From assembly GCA_965203965.1 (NCBI GenBank), contig CBDBDR010000017.1:832001-896000 (forward strand): a stretch of 64,000 bases of DNA. Reading direction: 5' to 3'. The first letter of the stretch is position 1. Each line of letters starts with the position of its first letter. Below are positions 54,665 to 64,000 of this stretch, piece by piece. This stretch comes from Thermodesulfobacteriota bacterium. Lineage in GTDB: Bacteria; Desulfobacterota_D; UBA1144; Nemesobacterales; JAJCZQ01. Both the position numbers and the translations under genes were made by a program. The notes below the pieces were generated by a model. It saw nothing but the letters and a program-made list of their open reading frames with translations, made no database searches and was not told where the DNA came from.

Positions 54665-55213
54665 TTATCGACAACCATCTGAAGCACTATCAACTACAGT
54701 AATGTCAAAATTATCTCCCGCCGCTGAACACCTGATAGATCCATCCGTGTATACAGCCATAGCATGCTTTCCATGTTTAGCAGTCGCAGGGGCACCCTCC
54801 CATCCAAATTCTTGAGGGAAAGCTCCAGTATCCTGTGGATCTACAGTGAAGCAGTAATTCGCCTTAGGGGTGCAAGTAGATGAGGTAGGACGAGTTCCAG
54901 TTGCTTTGTCTGGACCTGCAGTGGCTTTCTCAATACTTTTATCAACCAACCTATTCGCATCTGATGATAAAACATCCATCCGGTTTGTATAATCCCTAAC
55001 GTTATTATTGTCACTATCTTGCTCATAAAAAGTAGTTTCTGCGTCACGGATCGTTGACATTACTTTCTTCGCACTTGCCTCATTGGCAGACGACCTTGCA
55101 CCAAGCAGGTTTGGAACTGCTATTGCAATAAGCACCCCTAAAATTGCAGCCACAACAAGCAGCTCAATCAGGGTAAAACCTTTACTGCGTTTACTTCTAA
55201 CTAATTTTACCAT
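54665..55213 (-). CDS. Type IV pilin-like protein
   Basis: Class III signal KG/FTLIELLVV with E5; C-terminal Cys pairs; own RBS and terminator. Confidence 0.9.
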   Translation of the reverse strand: MVKLVRSKRSKGFTLIELLVVAAILGVLIAIAVPNLLGARSSANEASAKKVMSTIRDAETTFYEQDSDNNNVRDYTNRMDVLSSDANRLVDKSIEKATAGPDKATGTRPTSSTCTPKANYCFTVDPQDTGAFPQEFGWEGAPATAKHGKHAMAVYTDGSIRCSAAGDNFDITVVDSASDGCR

Positions 55214-55302
55214 AGTAAAATAGCCTCCCTATATAAAGATATTTTTTGGTATGAATGAATTTCAGAAAAACTTTTAACCTATTGAAACTGGATGTCAAGG
55301 TT

Positions 55303-55809
55303 CTATGCGTCAGCAGTAGACCCCACCCCACCACCTAACCTCTGGTCAAGAATAAGAATGGCAGCACTGTTGTCGCCCGCTAATTTAAGGCTCTCAACCA
55401 CGTCACTGGCACTCTTTTCCTCTTCAACCTGCTCCTGTATGAACCAATGAAGCTCTACCGATGCCGCATGGTCATTTTCCGACAAAGAAAGCTCATATAG
55501 TTTGTTTATCATTGTCGTAACCTCTTTTTCATGGTCAAGGACTTCCTGAAAAACATCCTGCAACGAGCCAAACTCGGAAGGAGGCTGATCAATGGTATCC
55601 AAAACCACCCTGCCGTCCCTGTCCAACAGAAAATCAAATAGCCGCATCGCATGCGTAAGCTCTTCCTCACTTTGCTTCCTCAGCCAACTTGCAAACCCTG
55701 AAAAGTTCATTGATTCACAGTAAGCCGACATGGACAGGTAAAGATAGGAAGAGTAATACTCATTTCTTATCTGTTCATTAATAGCTGATCGTAGATTATC
55801 AGAGATCAT
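55303..55809 (-). CDS. ftnA: Ferritin
   Basis: NEQI.NE..SS..YLSM, EE..HA, HE..VT, WFIQEQVEEE; start at MISD with GAGGTGA RBS. Confidence 0.93.
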   Translation of the reverse strand: MISDNLRSAINEQIRNEYYSSYLYLSMSAYCESMNFSGFASWLRKQSEEELTHAMRLFDFLLDRDGRVVLDTIDQPPSEFGSLQDVFQEVLDHEKEVTTMINKLYELSLSENDHAASVELHWFIQEQVEEEKSASDVVESLKLAGDNSAAILILDQRLGGGVGSTADA

Positions 55810-55881
55810 TTCTTTCACCTCACGAGTCAATTATTATATCATACAAGTGCTTACATACAATGCAACTCAACAGCAGTCTCA

Positions 55882-56985
55882 TCATCCCGTCAACTTTGAT
55901 CCAGCAATCCTTTCTCCTACCAGTTCTGAAATGTTCTTTACTCCTTCTGCATCCATGTACTTCAAAAGACCATAATTAATTTTATTTGCAACTGAAGGAC
56001 CCTCGCCTCTCAATCCGGTTACTATTTGCAAAGCCTTTGCTCCTGCACCAATTTTTTCAAGTGCAGAATTTGTATCCTTTATTCCACCAACACCTATTAT
56101 CTCCAGCTTATCGCCTGCTTGTTTGTAGATATGCTGGATCTTTTTTGTTGAGAGAGTTCTGTAGTCAACATCATCACCACTGAGACCTCCCTCGCTATCC
56201 TTCCACTTTGAACCGTATTTTGATCTGATATTAGCGTTGTCTGTGGTATTTGTGGCAATGATCCCAGTAATTCCACCACCAAGAGCAACGTCTATAACAT
56301 CATCCACGGCACGGTCGGTAATATCAGGCGAAATTTTAACGAACACTGACTTTTTTGTAACTTCCTTAACTGCCTGCACCACATCTGCCAACTGTTTTTT
56401 ATTTTGTAATTTCCTGAGTCCAGGAGTATTGGGAGAGCTAACATTAATCGCAAAATAGCTCGCATACTCATCTAAATATTCAGCAACAACAGCATTTGCC
56501 TTTGGAGCATCATCAGGTTTAACAAACTTATTAATACCAAGACTAACACCAATGGGTATATCGGATCTTTCGTATTTTTTCAGATTGTATCCAATCTTTC
56601 TCATTCCGGGACTGTTGAAACCAAGCCAATTGAGACAAACTCTCGAGTTCAACATAAACTGCCTCGGCTTTGGATTTCCCGGCTGACGATGCTCAACGAC
56701 AGAACCGATCTCCACTCCCGCAAAACCCATTGCGATCAACGCCTTTACGGTTCTTGCCTTCTTGTCCCACCCAGCCCCAACAAGAAGCGGGTTTTCAAGC
56801 TCTATCCCACCAAGATTGACGTTCAGCCTTTTATCTATAACTTTTTTACCACCGCATGAGGTAAACTCAACTAACTTCAAGGTAAAACTCGTCTGCTCTG
56901 CAAAATGAAGAGTTTCTCTGACAACCTCGTGCCAAAACTCGGAATCAAGCCTGTCTAAGATCGGGCGGATAAAGGTTTTATACAT
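55882..56985 (-). CDS. pyrD: Quinone-dependent dihydroorotate dehydrogenase
   Basis: GAGWDK, QPGNPKPR, GFNS.G, INVSSPNTPGLR, VKISPD, TNTT, GGLSG, GVGGI. Confidence 0.95.
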   Translation of the reverse strand: MYKTFIRPILDRLDSEFWHEVVRETLHFAEQTSFTLKLVEFTSCGGKKVIDKRLNVNLGGIELENPLLVGAGWDKKARTVKALIAMGFAGVEIGSVVEHRQPGNPKPRQFMLNSRVCLNWLGFNSPGMRKIGYNLKKYERSDIPIGVSLGINKFVKPDDAPKANAVVAEYLDEYASYFAINVSSPNTPGLRKLQNKKQLADVVQAVKEVTKKSVFVKISPDITDRAVDDVIDVALGGGITGIIATNTTDNANIRSKYGSKWKDSEGGLSGDDVDYRTLSTKKIQHIYKQAGDKLEIIGVGGIKDTNSALEKIGAGAKALQIVTGLRGEGPSVANKINYGLLKYMDAEGVKNISELVGERIAGSKLTG

Positions 56986-57181
56986 GGCAACATTTGTAGT
57001 TTAACATAAATAGAATTCTAATAACCAGATCTGCGTTCCCCACACTTTTAATGTTTACGGCACGCTCCCCTGACGTGAACATAAGCCAGTAACCCAGAAA
57101 AATAACGGATACTTGATAAAGATGTTCAGGTATTGCGGGGGGTTCGTGTTTTACAACTTAATATAGACGTTCAGTAAAACA

Positions 57182-58282
57182 CTAAACGTTGAACCTAAAT
57201 AGAATGACATCCCCATCATTTACCACGTAGTCCTTCCCCTCTGATCTCATTTTACCTGCCTCTTTTGCAGCCAGATCCGACCCGGTTGAGATATAGTCAT
57301 CATAGCTTATTGTCTCAGCACGAATAAAACCCCTTTCAAAATCCGTGTGTATCCTGCCCGCGGCCTGCGGTGCCTTTGTTCCACTGGTTATTGTCCATGC
57401 ACGCACCTCTTTTGGACCCGCTGTAAAATAGGTGATAAGTCCCAGCTTTGAATAAGCGGAGTTTACAAGCCTGTCAAGCCCGGACTCTTGCAAACCAAGC
57501 TCACTTAAAAACATTTTCTTCTCTTTCCCGTCAAGCTCTGCTATTTCAGACTCTATTTTTGCACATATCAACAAAACGTCATCGTTAGACCTGCTCGCGT
57601 ATTCCCTGACCTTTTTCACGTGCTTATTATCCTCTACTCCAGAAATTTCATCCTCCGCTACGTTGCAGACATACAAAACTGGCTTTGAAGTTAAAAGAGA
57701 GAGACTCGCCAGAAAAATTTTCCCTGTTTCATCTGTCTTAAATTCTCTTGCATCCCCACCGCTTTCTATAATATCTTTGATAGATCTTATGATCTCACTC
57801 TCAGCCTTTGCCTCTTTACTACCACTTTTTAGCCGGGATTGTAGTTTATCTTCTCTCTTCTCAATCATCTCTAAATCCTTTAAAACAAGCTCATCACGAA
57901 CTGCGTTTATATCACGGATCGTATCCACAAAGCCATCCACGTGAACTATACCATCGTCTTCAAAACACCTTACAACGTGTAGTATCAGGTCAACTTCCCT
58001 GATATGAGAAAGGAAGGCATTGCCCCTACCCTTGCCCTCCGAAGCTCCTTTTACAAGCCCAGCTATATCCACAATCTCAATAAAAGCAGGCACGGTTTTC
58101 AACGGTTTTACAATTTCAGAAAGTCTATCCAACCTTTTATCGGGAACGGCAACCATTCCAATGTTTGGGTCAATAGTGCAAAAGGGAAAATTGGAGGCAT
58201 CTGCACCCGCACTGGTCAGTGCATTAAAAAGCGTGGATTTACCCACGTTTGGCAACCCTACAATTCCAGATTTAAATCCCAT
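57182..58282 (-). CDS. ychF: Redox-regulated ATPase YchF
   Basis: GIVGLPNVGKSTLFNA, FPFCTIDPN, DIAGLVKGAS, IHTDFERGFIRAE, FRFNV. Confidence 0.98.
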   Translation of the reverse strand: MGFKSGIVGLPNVGKSTLFNALTSAGADASNFPFCTIDPNIGMVAVPDKRLDRLSEIVKPLKTVPAFIEIVDIAGLVKGASEGKGRGNAFLSHIREVDLILHVVRCFEDDGIVHVDGFVDTIRDINAVRDELVLKDLEMIEKREDKLQSRLKSGSKEAKAESEIIRSIKDIIESGGDAREFKTDETGKIFLASLSLLTSKPVLYVCNVAEDEISGVEDNKHVKKVREYASRSNDDVLLICAKIESEIAELDGKEKKMFLSELGLQESGLDRLVNSAYSKLGLITYFTAGPKEVRAWTITSGTKAPQAAGRIHTDFERGFIRAETISYDDYISTGSDLAAKEAGKMRSEGKDYVVNDGDVILFRFNV

Positions 58283-58290
58283 TTTTTCGA

Positions 58291-58368
58291 GGGGTGGATG
58301 ACCGGATTTGAACCGGCGACCTCCTGGGCCACAACCAGGTGCTCTAACCGGGCTGAGCTACACCCACC
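58291..58368 (-). tRNA. tRNA-His(GTG)
   Basis: G-1 plus GTGGGTG/CATCCAC acceptor, CCTGG-TTGTGGC-CCAGG anticodon arm, GGTTCAAATCC; ends C73-C-C then T. Confidence 0.97.
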
Positions 58369-58567
58369 ATTGGTGCTGATAAGCAAGTATGAAACCTGTG
58401 CGGTTCACACAAGCAGGTAATTATCATTCATACTGTCCCCAATATCAAGTTTGATAAAATATTATGGCAGACGAGTTGATCTGCGTTCATCATGGCTATA
58501 ATTTGTGTGCCTCACGACCCCGCTTACTACTCTTTACATGACACGGTTATTCTATAATGTTTTGCCT

Positions 58568-59278
58568 ATGAATGAAGCTGAACTTAATAAACTGACATCT
58601 ATATACAACGGTGAAACTTCTTCTATAAAAGAAGCATTCAAAATTCAAAAAGATCTGTCCAAAAAGATCATTAGGGAAAAAACCTATGATCAACTCAGAA
58701 CGGTTGCAGGGGCGGATCTTGCAATACTTACAAAGCAGGAAAAATTTCTCTGCGGAATAGTTGTATTTTCATATCCAAGCATGCAGATCGTTGAAAAGGT
58801 GTATTCCATTACAGAGATAAAATTTCCCTACATCCCGGGACTGCTCGCTTTTAGAGAATGCCCCGCTATTATTGAAACCTTCGAAAAAATCAGAAACAAG
58901 CCCGACCTGCTAATGATAGACGGGCACGGGCTTGCACATCCAAGGTCTTTTGGAATAGCATGTCACGCCGGTGTTATCCTCGGTATCCCGACTATCGGAG
59001 TGGCAAAGAAAAAACTCTTTGGCACATACATAGAACCGCAAAAGCAGAAAGGAAACTGGAGCAAATTGAAAAATAAAAAAGACAGTAAAACTATTGGAGC
59101 AGTTGTAAGAACAAAGAACAATGTAAAACCCGTTTTTGTTTCAATCGGAAATAAAATTGATCTTCAATCCTCTGTAAAACTAGTGCTTGACTGCTCGGTG
59201 GGTTACCGAATTCCAGAACCCACAAGACAGGCAGATAAATTTGTCTCAGAATTAAAACTAAAACCAACGATCGTGTAA
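58568..59278 (+). CDS. nfi: Endonuclease V
   Basis: VAGAD, FPYIPGLLAFRE, DGHGLAHPR.FGIACH, IGVAK, PVFVS.G, RIPEPTR.AD; start uncertain. Confidence 0.95.
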   Translation: MNEAELNKLTSIYNGETSSIKEAFKIQKDLSKKIIREKTYDQLRTVAGADLAILTKQEKFLCGIVVFSYPSMQIVEKVYSITEIKFPYIPGLLAFRECPAIIETFEKIRNKPDLLMIDGHGLAHPRSFGIACHAGVILGIPTIGVAKKKLFGTYIEPQKQKGNWSKLKNKKDSKTIGAVVRTKNNVKPVFVSIGNKIDLQSSVKLVLDCSVGYRIPEPTRQADKFVSELKLKPTIV

Positions 59279-59357
59279 TTGTTCGCTTTTGCCTCTGCCG
59301 TTCAATTAGCCTTTGAAAGGATCGGGAGGTCTTTAATTAAAAAGCAAGTTCAAACTT

Positions 59358-60473
59358 TCAAGTCGTGGGATTTTTTCTCATAAGAGATATAAAATTATTA
59401 AACAGATAAGACGAGTCACGTGGTCCCGGGGAAGATTCGGGATGATATTGAATGGAAAACAGAGGTAGGTCTTTATGCCTCAATCCCTCTATCGTGTTGT
59501 CGTTCAGATTAATGTGTGTTATCTCAATACAATTGCTCAGCGACTCTGGGTCGACTGCAAAACTGTGATTTTGTGAAGTTATTTCAATCTTGCCATTTGC
59601 AAGGTTTTTAACGGGTTGATTTGCTCCGCGATGTCCAAATTTTAATTTATAAGTTTTACCACCAAGTGCGAGACTGATGATCTGATGACCTAAACAGATC
59701 CCAAATACTGGCTTCTTTCCTATCAAGTCTTTAACGTTTTCCACCGCGTAATCAACGCCTTGTGGGTCACCGGGACCATTTGACAGGAAAATCCCATCGG
59801 GGTTCATTTTGAGTACTTCAGTCGATTTGGTTGTTGAAGGAACAACCGTCAACTTGCACCCAAGCCGTTTGAGTTGTCTCAAAATGTTTGTTTTTACCCC
59901 AAAGTCATAGACAACTACTTTATATTCAGGCTCGGGACATTGCCCTTCATCAACCCATGGGTAAGATCGTTTACAACTAACTTCTGTAACCAGATCCCGC
60001 CCGACTATGCTCGGTGATCTTCTGACTTTTTCCAAAAGACTTTCATTGTTGAAATCTATTGTAGAGATGAGGCTTTTTTGCGCTCCTTTTGTCCTGATCT
60101 GCTTAGTTAATTGTCTTGTATCAATACCGTAAATTCCACTTACATTGTGGTTTTTCATATAATCGCTCAATGAACCTTCTGACCGCCAGTTGCTTGGCAG
60201 GTTCCAATACTCTTTTACGACAAGTCCTTTTGTAAAGGGTCTCACTGATTCTGTATCAATGGAATTGACCCCGTAATTACCAATTTCAGGATAAGTCATA
60301 ACCACGATCTGACCATTATATGAAGGATCGGTAATGATCTCTTGATATCCGGTCATTGAAGTATTGAAAACGATCTCACCCGTTGTTTCAGCTTCAGAAC
60401 CAAAGCTGAATCCTTCAAAAATTGTACCGTCTTCCGTAGCTAAAACCGCTTTTTTCTTCATAAGCAGACTCAA
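59358..60473 (-). CDS. carA: Carbamoyl-phosphate synthase small subunit
   Basis: GEIVFNTSMTGYQE..TDPSY, LSNGPGDP, GICLGHQ, QYHPE. Confidence 0.98.
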   Translation of the reverse strand: MSLLMKKKAVLATEDGTIFEGFSFGSEAETTGEIVFNTSMTGYQEIITDPSYNGQIVVMTYPEIGNYGVNSIDTESVRPFTKGLVVKEYWNLPSNWRSEGSLSDYMKNHNVSGIYGIDTRQLTKQIRTKGAQKSLISTIDFNNESLLEKVRRSPSIVGRDLVTEVSCKRSYPWVDEGQCPEPEYKVVVYDFGVKTNILRQLKRLGCKLTVVPSTTKSTEVLKMNPDGIFLSNGPGDPQGVDYAVENVKDLIGKKPVFGICLGHQIISLALGGKTYKLKFGHRGANQPVKNLANGKIEITSQNHSFAVDPESLSNCIEITHINLNDNTIEGLRHKDLPLFSIQYHPESSPGPRDSSYLFNNFISLMRKNPTT

Positions 60474-60500
60474 AATTAATTACTGTGCAACCGTAACGCG

Positions 60501-61931
60501 TCAAACAGAGTTTATCAGCTTTTTGATCGCCTCGTTCACCAACTTGGGATTTGCCTTGCCTCCGGTCAGCTTCATAACCTGTCCAACAAAAAATCCTATC
60601 AGTTTATTTTCACCCGACCTGTATCTACTGACCTCTTCAGGATTGTCTTTGAGTATTTTGTAAACTATGGCTTCAATCTCGGAGGCATCGGAAATCTGCT
60701 CAATCCCTCTTTGTTTTATTATATCCCTTGCGGATTTCTTCTCTGCGATCATTATGGGAAAAATTTCCTTGGCAATTTTCCTGTTAATTATCCTGTCTCT
60801 TGTAAGGTTTAAAAGCTCTGCAAGCATCTGAGCAGTAACGGGAAACTGTTCAATATCATCATCAATATCCACCTCTCTAAGCATTTCCGTTATTATCCAA
60901 TTACACAGTTCTTTTGGGTCATCAAAACTCTCAAGACATTTTTCAAAGTAGTTTGCAATATCCTTGTTTGAGACAAGTAGCTTTGCGTTATCATCAGAGA
61001 GTTGATAGCTTGATAAAAACCTTTTCAGTTTACGATCGGGAAGTTCGGGCAAAGAGTTTCTCAATTCCTCAACCCATTCTTTTTCAAGCACCAAAGGAGG
61101 CAGGTCAGGATCGGGGAAATATCTGTAATCATGCGCATCCTCTTTTGTTCTCATTGAAAAAGTCCTGACCTTGTTAGAGTCAAAAAGTCTTGTCTCTTGT
61201 ATTACCCGTTGCCCGTTCTTAACTAATTCAGTTTGACGCTGTGTCTCATGGTCAATGGCTTTTTGAATAAACCTAAATGAGTTGAGGTTTTTTATCTCTA
61301 CTTTTGTTCCGAGTTTATCTGAGCCTTTTTCTTTTATTGATATATTTGCATCACATCTCAGATTTCCCCGTTCCATATTCCCGTCACATACGTCAACGTA
61401 TTTCAAAATAGATCTTAGTTGTTTTACGTATGAAACCGCCTCGTCCGAATTTTGAATATCAGGCTCGGTTACTATTTCTACCAGTGGCATCCCCGACCTG
61501 TTCAGATCTACAAAGCTGTAAGTATCCGAGTCCTCATGTATTAATTTCCCGGCATCTTCCTCCATATGTATTCTTTTAATGCGGATTTTCTTTGTTTGCC
61601 CTTTTACATCCACCCTTAGAAACCCGTCCGTTGAAAATGGCTCTACATGCTGTGATATCTGGTATCCCTTTGGCAAATCGGGATAAAAATAGTTCTTTCT
61701 TGCAAAACTCGAACGTAGCTGAACCTTACAGTTAGTTGCCAGTGCAGCCTTGACGGCAAACTCCAGTGCTTTGGTATTTAGAACCGGTAAAACCCCGGGC
61801 ATTCCGAGGCAAATGGGATTTACCTGTGAGTTAGGAGGTGAACCGAATCTCGTTGAAGAGGATGAAAAAATTTTGGATTCTGTTTTAAGTTGTGCGTGAA
61901 CTTCAAGTCCAATTACTGCTTCGTATTTCAT
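60501..61931 (-). CDS. gatB: Asp/Glu-tRNA amidotransferase subunit B
   Basis: VIGLEVHAQL, RKNYFYPDLPKGYQISQ, HMEEDAGK, LRCDANIS, DYRYFPDPDL. Confidence 0.98.
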   Translation of the reverse strand: MKYEAVIGLEVHAQLKTESKIFSSSSTRFGSPPNSQVNPICLGMPGVLPVLNTKALEFAVKAALATNCKVQLRSSFARKNYFYPDLPKGYQISQHVEPFSTDGFLRVDVKGQTKKIRIKRIHMEEDAGKLIHEDSDTYSFVDLNRSGMPLVEIVTEPDIQNSDEAVSYVKQLRSILKYVDVCDGNMERGNLRCDANISIKEKGSDKLGTKVEIKNLNSFRFIQKAIDHETQRQTELVKNGQRVIQETRLFDSNKVRTFSMRTKEDAHDYRYFPDPDLPPLVLEKEWVEELRNSLPELPDRKLKRFLSSYQLSDDNAKLLVSNKDIANYFEKCLESFDDPKELCNWIITEMLREVDIDDDIEQFPVTAQMLAELLNLTRDRIINRKIAKEIFPIMIAEKKSARDIIKQRGIEQISDASEIEAIVYKILKDNPEEVSRYRSGENKLIGFFVGQVMKLTGGKANPKLVNEAIKKLINSV

Positions 61932-62076
61932 ATAACTATAACCCGATGGATAAATTTGGTAAGGGTGAATAATGAAGGTGCATTGTCAAGAAAACAGATC
62001 AGCGGGAGATCTTGCCTTTCTAACGACAACCACAAGAGTCTATCAATTTCATACTTATATCGGCTTTGTATATGAA

Positions 62077-62721
62077 TTATTTTAATATTTTCCCTGTCTT
62101 TTCACTCCATATTAACAAATCCAACTCATCGGAGTCAAAGTTGTTTATCCTTGCATATTGCTTGTATTGATTTTCCATTTGCAGGTATTGCATCCTGTTT
62201 GATGGGGTCTTTTTTTGATTAATAACTTTAAGATCAAATAACGCACTTACAACGTGCTTATCCAGTATTGCATAACCTTTATAACCAATGTTCCTCAAAA
62301 AATGGCTTGCTTCCTTAAAACCTATGCCCTTGATATTTTTGTTTAAAGCAAAAAAATCCCTTCTTTCGGGGTTGCTTGTAAAAGAGTTAAGCAAATCCCT
62401 TATCCTTAAAGCATAATTGGATTCCAGATATTCCCTCGTATGAAAAATATATTCAGCCCTGATATTGTAAAATCGGTATATACCTTTGAGTTTATTTCTA
62501 ATCTCTACCCTGTTACCGGCAAATATGACATTTCCAATTTCATCAACCACCCTTATACCCATTTCTGCACTCGTTCCAGCTGTTAAAATGCAAAAAACAA
62601 GCTCACTGAATATCCGTTTATCATCCGCTGTATCTTGAAGGTCTTCAAATTCAGCTACTCGCTCTTTAATTGCAACTTTCTTGCATTTGTAAGATAATTT
62701 GAGAGTTTTGGTGCTTATCAT
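62077..62721 (-). CDS. ogg: 8-oxoguanine DNA glycosylase/AP lyase, OGG2 (archaeal/Thermotoga-type)
   Basis: ELVFCILTA, KGIGFKEASHFLRNIG, AILDKH, LDL.IW..KTGKILK with terminal Lys. Confidence 0.9.
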   Translation of the reverse strand: MISTKTLKLSYKCKKVAIKERVAEFEDLQDTADDKRIFSELVFCILTAGTSAEMGIRVVDEIGNVIFAGNRVEIRNKLKGIYRFYNIRAEYIFHTREYLESNYALRIRDLLNSFTSNPERRDFFALNKNIKGIGFKEASHFLRNIGYKGYAILDKHVVSALFDLKVINQKKTPSNRMQYLQMENQYKQYARINNFDSDELDLLIWSEKTGKILK

Positions 62722-62749
62722 TAACAGACTGAATTTTTCGGAAAGGAAG

Positions 62750-64000
62750 TTATCTATATATCTTGAGATTTTTCCCAGCGGTCAACTTAGTTGTTCGCAG
62801 GTTATTCCATTTTTTTATATCGTTGATGGATACACTGTATTGAACTGCGATCTCTGAAAGTGTGTCGCCGTGTTTAATGTCATGATTGATTGAGCCTTTA
62901 CTGTTCTCCAAAGGTATTTCTAACTTCTGTCCTGCTTTTATTCTCGATGACCTCAACCCATTACGATTCGCCAAGGACGAAGTCCTTACTCCAAACTTCT
63001 CTGCTATCTCTCCCACCGTGTCTCCTTTCCGCACAACGTAAACCGCACCAGATCCAATACCTGAACCACTATTACTAACCTCTCTGCTCTCAATAGGTAT
63101 TTCTAACTTCTGTCCTACTCTTATTCTCGATGACCTCAACCCATTACGATTCGCCAAGGACGAAGTCCTTACTCCAAACTTCTCTGCTATCTCTCCCACC
63201 GTGTCTCCTTTCCGCACAACGTAAACCGCACCAGATCCAATACCTGAACCACTATTACTAACCTCTCTGCTCTCAATAGGTATTTCTAACTTCTGTCCTA
63301 CTCTTATTCTCGATGACCTCAACCCATTACGATTCGCCAAGGACGAAGTCCTTACTCCAAACTTCTCTGCTATCTCTCCCACCGTGTCTCCTTTCCGCAC
63401 AACGTAAACCGCACCAGATCCAATACCTGAACCACTATTACTAACCTCTCTGCTCTCAATAGGTATTTCTAACTTCTGTCCTACTCTTATTCTCGATGAC
63501 CTCAACCCATTACGATTCGCCAAGGACGAAGTCCTTACTCCAAACTTCTCTGCTATCTCTCCCACCGTGTCTCCTTTCCGCACAACGTAAACCGCACCAG
63601 ATCCAATACCTGAACCACTATTACTAACCTCTCTGCTCTCAATAGGTATTTCTAACTTCTGTCCTACTCTTATTCTCGATGACCTCAACCCATTACGATT
63701 CGCCAAGGACGAAGTCCTTACTCCAAACTTCTCTGCTATCTCTCCCACCGTGTCTCCTTTCCGCACAACGTAAACCGCATTGCTATAAACAGGTATTGAT
63801 CTTCTTATTATCAACTTTTGACCGGGTCTCAACCTATCAGATTTGAGTTTATTGCCACTTTTTATGGAGCTAATTCTCACCCCGAATTTTTTTGCAATTA
63901 CCCACAAGTTGTCGCCTCTTTTAACTGTGTATGCCGTATAAACTGATCTTCTGGGTGTGGTCTTTCTCAGATTCGCTATTCCTCTCTTATTCCTTGCGAA
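62750..64000 (-). CDS. Multi-LysM peptidoglycan-binding protein (5'-truncated; possibly the C-terminus of an MltD-like enzyme)
   Basis: Frame is open to base 64000; seven LysM motifs in the window (YTVKRGDNLW, 5x YVVRKGDTV, HDIKHGDTL). Confidence 0.9.
   Translation of the reverse strand, partial: FARNKRGIANLRKTTPRRSVYTAYTVKRGDNLWVIAKKFGVRISSIKSGNKLKSDRLRPGQKLIIRRSIPVYSNAVYVVRKGDTVGEIAEKFGVRTSSLANRNGLRSSRIRVGQKLEIPIESREVSNSGSGIGSGAVYVVRKGDTVGEIAEKFGVRTSSLANRNGLRSSRIRVGQKLEIPIESREVSNSGSGIGSGAVYVVRKGDTVGEIAEKFGVRTSSLANRNGLRSSRIRVGQKLEIPIESREVSNSGSGIGSGAVYVVRKGDTVGEIAEKFGVRTSSLANRNGLRSSRIRVGQKLEIPIESREVSNSGSGIGSGAVYVVRKGDTVGEIAEKFGVRTSSLANRNGLRSSRIKAGQKLEIPLENSKGSINHDIKHGDTLSEIAVQYSVSINDIKKWNNLRTTKLTAGKNLKIYR
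62912..63779. repeat. 183-bp tandem repeat, about 4.7 copies (LysM plus linker)
   Basis: Units start at 62912, 63095, 63278, 63461, 63644; identical except 2 nt in the leftmost copy. Confidence 0.97.

Noticed and set aside
58004..58420. 138-aa plus-strand ORF
   Set aside because: Antisense to ychF and tRNA-His; GWMTGFEPATSWATT is translated tRNA sequence
62912..63779. CRISPR array
   Set aside because: Units are 183 bp, have no unique spacers and are in-frame coding LysM repeats; no cas genes

Overview
Gene-dense, AT-rich (visually under 40% GC) bacterial chromosome window of mostly housekeeping genes: ftsA/ftsZ, nadD, ribD, ftsY, murA, prmC, proC, DAHP synthase, methylmalonyl-CoA mutase mutAB-meaB, queCE, a tandem ThyX, xseA, CCA enzyme, an F0-only atp cluster behind hemL, pal-cpoB, tatC, serA-hisZ-purA, pyrD, ychF, nfi, carA, gatB and ogg, plus tRNA-Arg(TCT) and tRNA-His(GTG). 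Gene order and protein style suggest a Gram-negative Deltaproteobacteria/Desulfobacterota-like lineage, possibly Ca. Dadabacteria (inference only). Four spots are not ordinary. (1) 16.3-20.6 kb: three paralogous, very acidic lipoproteins, two of them a promoter-to-terminator duplicate pair whose scar (decayed pieces of lipoprotein 3 and rimI) is still about 98% identical in the rimI part while the mature coding regions diverged almost only non-synonymously. (2) 42.2-43.7 kb: an exact 20-bp inverted repeat, in the same reading frame, links a CxxC insertion inside Pal to a small Cys-rich ORF in a phage-like remnant, a possible invertible segment or a scar. (3) A lone DUF262/GmrSD-like gene between catalase and a chlorite dismutase/HemQ gene. 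(4) A near-perfect 183-bp LysM tandem array at the right edge. Two apparent pseudo-enzymes (sirtuin-like, acyl-CoA synthetase-like) are also present. No CRISPR array, rRNA, reverse transcriptase, integrase or transposase was seen. All product calls are from motif recognition, not database searches.
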